Shown here: piece after piece, positions 29,365-43,300 of the stretch
How the letters are laid out: the number at the start of each line of letters is the position of its first letter
Numbering within the stretch: the first letter of the stretch is position 1
Assembly: GCA_012295275.1 (NCBI GenBank)
Contig: CM022672.1
Location: 12,090,001 to 12,154,000, forward strand
DNA: 64,000 nucleotides
Source: Chrysomallon squamiferum
Taxonomy: Eukaryota > Animalia > Mollusca
Reading direction: 5' to 3'
Position numbers and translations under genes: made by a program
The notes under the pieces: model-generated
The model's database searches: none
Seen by the model: the letters and a program-made list of their open reading frames with translations, nothing else
Told to the model about the DNA's origin: nothing

Positions 29365-31410
29365 TTTAATAATAATAATTGTAATAATAAAAAGAGAAAT
29401 AGTAACAGTAATAGTAATAATAATAACATAATGATTATAATAATACAGCTCAAATATTCCTTTGTCTTCTTTCAGATCTATGCAGAGAGAATCCATTAAG
29501 AGTTTCAACCTTTCTAGCTTTTAAAAGTGAGATATATAAAAAGTATTTATTCTCTGTCTGCTGTGACACCACAGTAGTATCTCCTAACCTGTGACGTCTG
29601 TACTCTGATATGGTATACAGGAGATAGTCCTCAGTCCTCTGTCCGGTGATGTTAAGCAGTATATCCTGTGTGACTACGTGGAAGCTGGGAGGCATGGAGT
29701 GGTGCTTGTGTGAGCAGATGAACCCTGTGTTGTCACTGGAGCATTTGCAGGATGGGTAGAAATAGTCAGTAGAATAGCTGGGGTCTGTAAGTAAAAGTGT
29801 ATTTATTATGTAAGTTTAGTAATGATCAAAGACTCAATTATCCATTGTTTTAACCTGCTGAAATATAGTTTTCTTACCTTGTGAATGAAAAAGGAAGGAA
29901 AATAAATCTGTATTTTTTATATAAATTAAACTAACTAAGAATACAGCATTAAACATTTTTTTTAAATAAATAAATATATATATATATATATACACATATG
30001 TATATACACACACACATACATACACATAAACAATATTTATACTATAATAATGTATTAACTATCTGTCTTAATTGTTTGTTACAATATAATTTTGATACTG
30101 TAAGAATGAATGTGTAAGGAAAATCTATTTTCAGGTTTAAGAAAACTATCTGAGAAATCAACATTAAAATATCTTTATACAATTAAATTTTTACTTTTTA
30201 TTTTTTGACCATTAGAATATTAAAACATATAATATCCAATATCAAAAACTCTAACCTAAAGGAATGAAGGAGTTATCTGACTCTGGAAACTGCCTTAACT
30301 CTAGCACAGGCTGTGGTGTGTAGCTCCGAATATGAAGTCCTGGTGCAAACACTTTTTCACATCCTGGTTCGTAATATTTCGCCAGCAGTTCCAAGTACCT
30401 GTGAGTCTGGTTAAACTTGATGACGTCCAAGTTGAAGCTAGAGTTCACATTTGGCTTGAACACACACGTTGCTCCAACACCAGCCGGTAGAAACAGCGTT
30501 GCTATCAGTCTGTCAGCATCGGCATCTTTCGAATGTGAGCCAATGGTCATCCTGGCATTGGTGAAAGGAATGAAGTTGCCACGAGGCTGGGTCACGTTGT
30601 AGAACTGAGACGGACTGAGCTCCAGCATGGGCAAGTCGTCCAGCGATGGGGCAGCCAGTGCGACTGTCATTGCTATGGCAACGAAAATGGCAGGGAGGAT
30701 GATCTGCGAGAAGAGACTTCTCCAGTTGCGGTGGATGTAGTGGAAGCGTTTGATGATGACGGCGCGGAAGTGGTTGAGGAGAAGCAGTTTAGGACTCAGC
30801 ATGTGACTGCCTCGACCTTCCAGCAGAATTCTTGGTTCACCTTGAAACAGAGAAATTAAAATATATATATAAAAAAAAAAATTCTACATAATTCATAATT
30901 TTTGAGAAAACCTACCCCTTGAATGTAATTTACAAATTACAAAATAATATGGATATTCTAAAATAATATCTTTCAAATATTTGTTACAACATCATGTAGA
31001 TTAATAAATCTTGAATGTATTTTACTAATTCAAAATGGTACAGATCTAAAAAATTAACATCTGTTGAATACTTATTACAAAATCATATAGATTAATACAT
31101 CTTGAATGTAATATACAAATTACAAAATAATATGGTTTTGATAAAATAATTATCTTTTTAACATTTAACCTATTAATTACAAAATCTTAAAAGATTAATT
31201 TAAATAGTTAACCCATTAAAAATTATTTATATTTATATAACAGTCATTTAAAACTCTGAGGAAATCAGAATCCAAAAAAAACCCAAACAATTTAAGAAAT
31301 AACTACTAAAATAAAATCTTATTCAGGAAATCTGAAACTAAACCAATTCATGGTTAAGTTCTTTAATAGTAATTAAGGTATTAGTGTTGTTGTTATATTG
31401 TTAGTATTTA

Positions 31411-31446
<36 letters not shown>

Positions 31447-34400
31447 GCTATTGCTATCTACATCATCATTTAACTGTATAAGAAATTAAGTCATATTTAT
31501 ATTTTTAAGGATGAAGATTTGAAATTAAATTATTCTGAATGCATAACAACATAGCAATTATTTTTAACCACTATTTGATTATTTACACAGACACAAACAT
31601 ACCATCTTGCATAAATGGAACCTGTTGCATATTATCAGAGTTGCTTCCCCATGTTGGGGAAGGGGGCAGGTCAGCCAACTCTAATAATGGAGCATCTTCA
31701 TTGTCTCTGCCCCCTGAAGCTGCAACATCAGTCAGCAATTGGTCATCGTCTGTGTCACTCAAAAGGTTAGTTAGAGAAGAAGCACTCTGATTGGTTAATG
31801 GGTTGCCAGGGCTTTCCTCCTGGATTGTGTTGGTAGTTTGCACAGAAAATGTCTCCAGCTGCTTTTCATCTTGATCGTTTTCTAGTTGAAATGTAAAAAT
31901 TAAAATATTTAAAAATCCAGGATTGTGAAGTATAAATATAAATTTTGGTTATCAAAGAGCAGATATATAAATATACAAGTGTGTGTGAGTGTGTGTGTGT
32001 GTGTTTGTGTGCATATTTACATAAATCCTGTAACGAAATAAGCCAAACTATAGATATATAAAATCACTTTGTATATAGACATATTCATTTCTGTGTACAT
32101 ATTCATACTGCACATTCATTTCTGCTTGAGTAATTATCTGTATATAAAGTCATATTTATATGAAAATCACCTTCTTCCTCTTGGAAAGCTGCTTCAGTAA
32201 CAGTAAGAAAGACTTCTTCCAAGTTGGTGTCCACGACACCATACCCTGCTATGTACAGATCATCAAGTCCACTCTCAAACGCCTGGAACAGTTTCTCAAA
32301 GTTACGTTTCCTTGCCTCCTCGTTAGGCAGGATGTACTGAAGTTCCCTTTGTGTCTCATTTTTCAGGTACGCAGTGGGGACATATTTCTGAATGAACTCA
32401 GTAACTTTCAACTCCTCACACTTTGAAACCAGCTTGTTGCTCACACCAGTGTCTGGTTTGTATTCATCGTCTAGAGGATATTATATATAAAAAGAATAGA
32501 TTAAATTGTATGAAAAGAATTTTTTGAAAGAACAGTGTTAGTGAAGCATTACTTGGATAATTAGTAACATGACCAAACTTGATTGATTTTCTTGAACGTG
32601 AAGTTCAGAAAAATCCCTCAAAAGCATCTTCAGCATTACATATTCATTACTTGTTTATCTCTTGGAATCATTTATTAAAGTACTGATGTAGCCTATCCCC
32701 ATCCAAATATCAAAATCAAAACCTAATGAATGCATGTCAATTTATAGTGATAGATGAAAAAGCCAGTTGCTTAATCCCTGATTTGGTGTGAGAGAGAAAA
32801 AAACAACAACAGACTGACAGATAGATTCAGAAAGGTTAGACAGACAGACATACAAGTAGAATAACATATTATGTATTCTGATATCAGTCCATGATCCAGA
32901 TAATTACATTCAGTTTGTTCAGCAATGACAAAGAAATGAAAATGAAATCACCAGAATCTTGAATCTCATCTGTGGTTTCTTCCTTCACCATGGTGAGATG
33001 GTAGCCTTCTCCAATGTTGTTTTTCAGGAAGATGGATGAACCACAGCACTTGAGTTCTCCATTGGAAATGATGGCAATTCTGTCTCCAAGTATGTCTGCC
33101 TCATCCATGTGATGTGTAGACAGAATGATAGTGCGACCTGAAAAATATTTTTTTTTTAAAGTGATGAAATGATGAAATGATTTATTTAATGAGGAACTGA
33201 AGATATTTTTAATCGACACTTTTTTGGTGCCGTACATATGGGTATGAATCATTTAGTTAATAAAGAGATCTGGTGCCACCATACAACAATTATTCTTTTT
33301 TGTTTAGCAGCTGGTGTTCTTTTTTATGCACCTTCCCACAAACACTAAAAGATTATTAGGTACAACTCGATGAGCAACTCTGAGACAGCAAGGGATATTT
33401 TTTTAGAATTTTCCAATTGAAAGTTAGCATTAAACTATTGAATGTGATTTGACAAATAAAAAAAAGACATAAGCACTGGGAAATGGCAAAGTGAAGATCT
33501 AAAGAGGACTGATGTAGATGTAATAATTGTCATGTTTCAGGAAATTGGTTAGAGCAAGAGACTTAAATGTAAGATTATATTAGCATAATACAAAATGCAT
33601 TACAAACCTGATATACAATTATATGTCACCAAAACACATGACCACTTCACCTATATCCAACAAAAGAATTGATCCTTAACCATTAAGTCCTAGATGGTTC
33701 TTTATACATAGAGGCATAAGAGCCAGAACTGTACCTAAGTTAAACATGGTTATTATTATTATTATCACTGTTATAGTCATCTGTACAGCATTTTTTAAAA
33801 ACAAAAAAAATTATATACCTATACAAACTTAAAATTATACAACAATATACCTTGTTTGTATTTCACCAGCAAATCCCAGATGGCTCTTCTGGCATAGGGG
33901 TCAATGCCAGCTGTAGGTTCGTCCAGTATCACAGTCCTTGACCCTCCGACAAACGCTATGGCAACAGACAGTTTACGTTGCATCCCTCCAGACAGACAGT
34001 CCACTTTGCAGTGTCGTTTGTTTGGTAATGTGAGATCATCAAGCATTCTTTGAAAAAAAAACAAAGATAATAATTAAAATTGTGCTGTATCCTAGATAAT
34101 ACGTGATATCAGAATAATGTACTTTGTGAAACAACAAAAATAATAATTAAAATTTCTCTCTCTCCAAGATAATAATAAAAACATTTTTTTTTTTTTTGTT
34201 CTATATCTTAGATAATCAGGGATATCAGGATAGTTAACTTTCAAATAACAAAGATGTTGATTAAAATATTAAATATTTTGATTTTGTCACAGGTAATTAA
34301 TTATCTGGGATTCACAAGAGCATGTTTTCAAATAACAAAGACAAAAATTTACATTTTGCCCTCTCTTAGATAATATAAATATTTAGTTCTTAATAATCTC

Positions 34401-37400
34401 AGATATCAGAATGGCATGCTCTTAAAACAGTAAAGATAATAAAAATATTTTCTATTAGATAATAATCTACAGAAACTGTTCACTGCAAATCTTATCAAAG
34501 AATCCAAATGCAAAACAAGAGATATTGATGATAGATGATTGAAATAGGTATAATAGTAATAAGAACATACAGGTCAACAAAAAAGAATCTGTAATAATAT
34601 CAGTTTTACCTGTCTATCTCAGTTTTAATATCACCAGACTTCATTCCTTTCAACATGGCATAGAACCAAAGATGTTCTTCCACAGTTAGTCTGCAAGAAA
34701 AAAAAACATTCATCACATTTAATTAACACCTAGAAATGAATATACATAGATGTTAATAAAATACTAAAACATTACTGAATCAGTGTATTTTGAAATTATG
34801 CTGATAAATTCTGTTTATTTTGCTTTGTAATGAAATGAGAAAGTACAATCACTACAATGCTTTGCATACACAATAATATGGGATATTGTTTATCTTGCAT
34901 ATCCTTCCTGTACACAAGACACTACAATTAGGCTTTTCAAAACATAAACAGAAGTTACATAAACTCAGTCTTTTAGTAATTTAACTATAAAATAAAGTTA
35001 TAGAAACCAGTCTTTTATTAATAAAACTATATACATAAAAAAAAAAAAAAGCTATAGAAAGCACAGTATTTAGTAATATAACAATAAAATAAAGTTATAA
35101 AAAAAAACATTTTTTAATAATAGAATAATAAAATAAGTGTATTTACTTTTCAAAAAGGACATTGTGCTGTGGACACATTCCTAGACTCTGTCGAATAACA
35201 TCCATGTCACTTCTGATGTCATAGCCATAGACTGTGGCATAACCGGATGTCGGTGGAATCAGTCCAGTTAATACAGACCTGTAGATAACATGTAGACATT
35301 GAATAATATATAGATATTATAATTATGTTAAATACAATGTTCTTTAAGTCCTTAATATACAACAACATTAACAAAATATTTTTGTTTTTAATTTATGGAT
35401 TAGAAAAAATTTGTGGTTTGTCTTGTTGTTTTTTTTATATTTCATTTGTGGGGAGTTTTGGGGGAGTTTTGTGTGGATTTTTTATGTTATTATTTTGTTT
35501 TTTGAGCTACGTTTTCTTTTTCTTATATTTTTTTTTATTTTTTTTTTTTGATACAATTCCTTCATATACAAATTAAATTCCTTCTATGGAAATGTAGTAT
35601 TCATTGCATTCATAACATATTTCCTTTTATATTTTAAATTGCAAAAAGATCTGGAAAAAAAAAATTCAAATATTGTCAAACAGTTTTGTTGACTACAAGT
35701 GTCTTGGAATTTAGACCAGTTTAGTTTTCATCTATTGCGTTTTAACACAAAATGTAAAAGTCATTGATATCTACAAATGATTATTATGGTTTTGAGATGA
35801 AAATCAAACATTTAAACTAGATAGGATATACTAATTTTAAAATGTAAAGTTATTTCACTTACATAGTGGTGGTCTTGCCAGCTCCATTGTGACCCAGGAA
35901 AGATGTGATTTGACCCTCGTAGAAGTTGAGACTCAGTTTGTTCACAGCCATTTTCTTTCCCACCTTGTACACCTGAATAAACACATTGTAAAATTAGAAA
36001 CCTACATGTTTGTTAACTAGTCATATCTGTAGTAATAAAAATAATCATAAACAATAACAGTATTAACAAAAACAATAATAACAATAACAGTTATATATCC
36101 TTTTCTAACACAATAATATTTGACATATATGATCATAACAATTTCTTGTAAACAGAAATGGATCCTATAAACCTTATAATGGAACTTACATCTATCTGCC
36201 TTATGATGATGATCATACTAGTGAAGGTAGCAACAACATTAACAGCACTAATAAATAAATAAAATAAATAAATGAATAAACAAACAATTAAATCAACATC
36301 AACAATAATAGTAGTGCTTGCTACACAGATTTTACTCGCCTTGGTAAGATTTTCAATTCCAACCCCCAATGGAATATGGACTGGCTCTGGTTCAAATTTC
36401 CTGGCATGATCTGAATAAGTAAAAAAATACACATATATAAACAACAGAACACAGAGACATTATGATAATGTGTATTAATAATGCAGTAATATTAGTTTAT
36501 ACTCTTTGGCACATTTAAAAAAAAATTAAAACAGAAAAGAAATAGTGAGGAATGGCTTGTTTGACTATTTACTGAAATTTTGATGCTGGTTGAAAGAATG
36601 CACCAAGGGTAATTTGTTTTACCCTGTGATCCAAAACATCTTAGACCAGTGTTTTAATCATCTGATTTCGTCTAACTCCATTTTATGTATGTTTGTTTGT
36701 GTGTGTGTCAATGTATGTGTGTGAATACATGTGTGGGAGTGCATCTTTTAAAATGTCACAGATTAACTGGATTATAACTTATTTATTTACCTGGATCTTG
36801 TTGCCCAAGGGAACAAGCCTGGTCCTCCTGTGATATGGGTACATAGGCATGGTTGCCACGGTGACAGAAATCCAGCAAGCTGGGACATTCTTCCAAATGT
36901 TTCAGAGCACCTCCGCACCAGTATGACTTCATGAAAGGGAAGTACCAAGGCTTAGGTAATCCAAATGAACCTGGATAATTATAATGTGTTTTATTCATTA
37001 CACTATTTTGTTGTGTTTAATTTAGTTCAAATTTAAATGCATAACGGTCATATTATTGTAGGCATAAATATTAAAAGTAATTATTAAATAAATTAAATTA
37101 TGGCATTATAGGTAAATATTTTCAGTTTAACAAATAGATTCTGTCTACTTAAAAATACATTTAAATATCTATGTAAAAACACATTTTGATATCTATTTAA
37201 AAAATGAGCAAATGTCTGTTATCTAAGAAACATCCTGATATCTATTTAAAAATATATTTTAATATTTGTTTAAAGATAATGTTTTGTTTTCTGCTTAAGA
37301 AATATTTTCTAATATCTTCTGACATCTATTTAGAAAATAAATGTTAATATCTATTTAACAAATGCTAATAAAGCAAAAGGTAAAACTGCTATACCTGGGA

Positions 37401-39374
37401 AAACATGTTCTATGTACCAGACAAGCAGCAGGTACAAAAAGGTATCAAAGATCAGCATCAGTGCGACCATGAAGAGTGTGAACTCATCATCTGAGACTGG
37501 GGACTCATAGATGTTTGACCACTGCACACCCACACCCATCTCTTCGTAGAAAGCAAAATACTTGGACCCCAGACCAAAGGCTGTTGTTGAGAAAAGGGAC
37601 TGAAAAATTGGAAATGTTAAGTTTTAGTGCAGGTTATGAAACTGAAAAGAGAAAAGCAAGAAAGATAAAACAAGAAGAAAACTACAGATAAAATATAATA
37701 AAATATCATACAGTGAAACAAAAAACTATAAATTAAAAAAAATATATATATATATATGGAATAAATAAATAAATTAATAATTTGAGGAGTATTTTCATTC
37801 ATTTCTGGAGACTCTTTGATTTTTGTTTCAGCTATCTCATATATGATTTTTTTTTTTGTTGTTTGCACTATTTTGAATTTAAAATAGGCTTTGATATGAT
37901 GTCTAAACTCAACAAAAACAGCTGCTGTTGTAATAGTTGTAGCATCAAGTTAAAACAACAGTTAAATGTCAGTTGGAAGTAAAAAAAAAAAATAATAATA
38001 ATTTGTTATCTATCCTGTGAACAAAGTATTGTTATGTCTCAGCAGGCTGGTATAAATTAATATTATTTCACTCTACTTGTCAATTACATCATCAATATTT
38101 ATACAATAAAAATACCTTAGAAATTTAAAGCTTAGTTTTATACACTCACTCACTCAAGCACACACACACCTCATAAGTATTTGTTTACTAACTGTTATGA
38201 TGTACTTAATAGTATTATTATTCCAATAATAGCATGAATAACGCTGTATGAACTAAGAATATAGTTTTACTATTAAAAAAACATACAGCTAGTGACTTTG
38301 CGTAGGCTGGGATGTGGTCTCCAGCGATATCCTCCTTGATGGCGATGTACATGTATGGCACGTAAGACAGAAAGTAGATGATGCCAGCACAGGCAGCAGC
38401 CACTTTAGCCTTAGAGTACAGAACACTGATTAAAAAACTGAAAAAAATAAAAATATATATATATATACAGATTCATGTGGTTAATATTTATATATTTATT
38501 TCAGTTTTAACACATAACACAACAAAGTGACTGTCTGAATTATATAACAGCAATAATTTACAATTCTAATATGTTAATTGGTGGACTTTTTTTTTTTAAT
38601 AGCCACATTAAAATGAAGAATTAGACTATCTTTATTTCTTTTTTTAATTTTTGTTTTGGATATTATTGTCATTTTTAAAATCAGCATCAGAGTTTACAAC
38701 ATGATTTACCAGAAGGAGATGACAGCAATGATGTACAGTTCTAGAATGGTGAAGACAACAAGGGGGTTGCTGTGAGCGAGAATCTTTCCGTATTTAAATA
38801 TGGCTGTCAGCGTTACCACAGTGATGGTCATCTGTATGAAAGTTGTGAGGAACCAGGCACACCAATGTACAGCATTACTCAAACCCATCATTTTCATCAC
38901 CTGTATGAGAAAAAATTAGAATTAGAATTTTATTTGTATATTAGGTAAAACAGTTTATATTTAGTCTGAGAAGTAGAATTAATGTTATTATCTAAAACAA
39001 ATTATTTTTAGCCTTATAATTTTCATCACCTACACAAGAAAATTAATATTATTATATTTTTAGATACTGAAGATACAGTTATTATACTTTTGAAGAATTG
39101 ATCAGAAAATTGGATATGTCCTCAACTCTTCATTTTTATTGTCTGTGTTTGTAGGTGTATATTTGTGAGTTTCTATGTGTATGTTTGTGTGTGAAATATA
39201 TGTGTGTATTAATATGAATAGTTGGTGGCTCTTTTATATTTGTGTGTATCTTGGTGTATTAATGAATTGATGCGATGTTGTGTGTGTCTTTGTGCATGTT
39301 TGTGTAGATATGTGTTTTGTATATTTATGTATGTATGTATGTGTGTATGTGTATGTATGTGTGTATGTATGTGT

Positions 39375-39424
<50 letters not shown>

Positions 39425-40327
39425 ACATATAAATTTTACCTCTTTCAGCCTCTGTTCTTTCTCATACACAATACTCTGTACCAACATGGCCACTGTATAC
39501 ACCCAGGAAATTGTGAGACAGAGGGGCATGACGTGTTCTATCATAAACACAAAACTGTGGAAACAAAACAGTAGAAAAATTATTATTGGTGGATGCATCA
39601 ATTTGATTTTGATATAATATACAAAAATGTAATTTTATTTTATTTTTATCTCTTTCACACATAGGTGTATATATATATATATATATATCACAGACAAATA
39701 TTTAATTTAAAATATAATAAAGATCAAAATTAATTTTGATATCAGACTTACCTGTCATACATGTAACATGGATAAGGAAACTGCTGAATAAAGGTTCCTG
39801 GTTCTACAACATCGTGACCTGTTTGAATATCTATGATTGCTCTCTCAATTACATCCTACAAAATTATGTATAAATATATTATTGTTAAAGTACACCCAAA
39901 TACATGTAATACAGGGTAAATATATAAATAATAATAATTTTTTTTTTTATATATATAAAATCAGTTAAACATTGGATTTAATGACAGATTTCAAAGTGAT
40001 ACTTACAATCAGAGGATGTATTTTTAAAAGGGATTAATGTTTATAATATACTATTTTTAGATAAGAGCTAATATTATGTAAAAACATGTTTTTGAGAAGG
40101 ATAAAAATAACATTCATAAATAAGTCAAATCAAAGTCAAGTGACAAAATGTAAGAGAATAAAAAAATACATGATAAACAGAAAATCCAAAGATATATTAC
40201 ACAAAATTAAATTAATATATAACAAATTTTGTCACATCATATCCAACTAACACAAAAACTGAATAAAAAAGAAGAATTTTATAAAATAAAAGTTGTAACA
40301 AAATATATCTAAATCCTGATAAAATTA

Positions 40328-40366
<39 letters not shown>

Positions 40367-43300
40367 AATAATAATGATAATTGAATATTCCCATATCCAG
40401 ATAAAACAAAATCAGAAAAAAAAGGTTCCAAGAGAAGAAAACAACGATTTACCTGAATCCAGATAAATCTTAACTCTGATCAAATGTTTCAAAGAACAAG
40501 AATGGTTAACTGATTTAACATGAATCCATCCAAAAACAAAATCAGACTAAAACTTGTACAGATGAAGAACAACACTAAACATACCTGGATCCAGATGAAT
40601 CCAAACTCATAGTATGGGTAAGTTCCACGACCTGGTCCAGGGTACCAGGTTTGGGGTCTGACAAATTTGGTCGAAGGGGTAAAAGTTGCGTTCTGTCGAA
40701 TCTTGTAGCGAACATGTGGAGGCAGCATTCCGTCTTTTTTTATGTTTTCAAACACAACTCCTGTAATTAGATTCACAGAGAGAAATTTACATTTCTGTAA
40801 TAAAAACAGTTGTTTTGAAATTTAGAATAATAATGTGTGTAATTTTATTTAAATATTTAATAAAATAACAACAACAAACAATGGATTAACATAACTTTGA
40901 ACTGTTCTCATTTTCAACAATCATTTATAAGCATACTGAGAAGACCATTTTTTTATCATTAATACATTACATTTAATACAGTTTAAAAAATATTTCCTAA
41001 TTAAACAATTACCAACAATTACATTTATTTGATACTGTGAATTAGAACATATGTAGAAACCCATACCTGCCAAAACGCTGACGTTTTCGGAATATGCCTT
41101 TGTCAAGAAGTAGTCCACCATTGCTGTCTCGTTTGGAAAGCCCTGAAAGACGTTTAGACTGATTCCCTTGATCATGTGCAGCCAGCCACTGGCAGCATTG
41201 TCTATCTCACGCAGCAGAGTCAGATACTGGCTGCTTGTGGGTACAGTTTTGTTCAAGAAGGAAGACAACTGAGGAATCTGAAACATCCAGCCGAACACTC
41301 CTTTGTGTTGTTGTATAGCTTGCTGCATCTGTTGAAAATAATGTAATGAAATAAACGTATCATAGCATAGCTTAACATAGAATGATGTAATGTAATGTAA
41401 TGCAACATAATGTAATGTAACACAGTGTAAACATAACTTAATGCAATGTAATGTAACATAACTAATATAATATAATACAGTTACCTAACATATTGTAATG
41501 TAACATAAAGTAATATAATATAACCTAACATAACAAAACATAACATTAAATAATGGAATACAATACAGCACAAATTAAGTTATTTTTAATTAATATATAA
41601 AAAATAAATAATAAAAACAATAATAATACAATGTAATATTACAAATAACAAAACATCAATAAAAATATATATAACAATAAAACAACATTAGCTACAGTGT
41701 AATAATGAATAAACAAATAAATATAAATAATTTTTAGAAAACATCATAAATATCTAAAAAGAAAAAAGGACATTTAAATAAAAAGCAATTATGAAAATGA
41801 AGTTAAAGGGATGTGTATGTATATGCATATTTGTGCTTGTCTGTATGTATGTGTGTTGCGTGCGTGCGTGCATGCATGTGTGTGTGTGTTTGTGTTTGTG
41901 TCTGTATGAGTATATATAGCATTTACCATTCTAATAGAATTCAAGTTGTGGGCTGTTTTGGGTTGTAGGAGGTAAGTTTGAAGTTCTTTTGATACATTCA
42001 GCCATTTCTCTGCATATTTCCCAACAAGATCGATGAAGGCAAATGTTGTATTAGCCTAAAACAACAATAAAAAAAACAATTTCAGTGAAAGTGTATCTCC
42101 ATAATTCAGTGAAAGTGTATCTCCATAATTAATTTGGTGTAATTAAATTATAATGTTGACAAGTGAAACATAGATCTGAAGCAAAAAAAACAAAAGTATT
42201 ATAAAAAATTAACATTTCCATGTGACTAGTATTATCTATGGATTATATTTTTAAGAAATATATATTCATTTTAGTGCTGCTAATGTATCTGAAAAATAAT
42301 TTGTTAGTTTTAAATTCTGTTGAATAGACAGATATTTTACATTTAATACTTATATTTATTTTTTATCTTTACATTTATTGTAGTTTTTAAAATATTTGCT
42401 AATTAAAACAAAGGGAATGCTAATAAATATATTTTTACAGCATTTTTTATTAAAAAAAAAAATAATAAAATTTTAATTTATATTTCATTTAAGAAAAATG
42501 TATTATTTAATAATCAGAAAAAAAAAAAAAAATTGTAAACAAGAAAATTGATATATCTGAATAATAACATTTAATAATTAAAAATTAAAAAAAAAAAAAT
42601 CTTATAACTAACTCACTTAAAAGTTAACTTTATAATTCATAATTCATGTTACAAATAAATCCAGCTAAGTGATTACATTTTATATCTTTAATACCTGCTT
42701 TTAATACTTTTTAATTATTAAGTAAAATAAAGGCATACCTGTTAATGATGATTTTAATACTTTTTAATTATTAAGTAAATTAAAGCTATACCTGTTTAAT
42801 AATGATTTTAATACTTTTTAATTATTAAGTAAATTAAAGCTATACCTGTTTAATGATGATTTTAATACTTTTTAATTATTAAGTAAATTAAAGGCATACC
42901 TGCTTAATGATGATTTTAATACTTTTTAATTATTAAGTAAAATAAAGCTATACCTGTTTAATGACGCTGTCAGCAGAGGTGTTGTCAGGAGCGTACAGCA
43001 CTTTGGGGTTGCTGTAGAGGATGTGGAAGATAATTCCTAACATCCTCGCTTGTCTTGACGACAGTGCAGCTTCTTCTGAAACAATTTCAACATTTAATGT
43101 AAAATAAAAATAAAAAATAAATCTGTTTTGTAAAAAAAAAAAAAAAAGTCAAAAATATAAACCAAAACTTCTGAAACACTGTCAACATTTAATGTAAAAT
43201 AAGAATGAAATAAAAACTGTTTTTATAAAAAAAAAGTCAATAATATAAACTCTGAAACAATTTAAGTAATAATTTAAAAACATAAACTAATAATACATTT

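Noticed and set aside
29085-29508. Long poly-Leu/Ile ORFs resembling membrane proteins (also 44966-45244)
   Set aside because: Products of (AAT/AAC/AGT)n repeats; only 29103-29208 is a real exon.
32471-32485. ATATCCT resembling a U12 5' splice site
   Set aside because: It lies in the pyrimidine tract of an ordinary GT-AG acceptor; no U12-type intron was found in any of the three genes.
32650-32777. Strong-looking cryptic acceptors in ABCA2 introns 27 (32778) and 31 (about 29478)
   Set aside because: In-frame stops follow and there is no convincing paired donor; cannot be supported as exons without RNA data.
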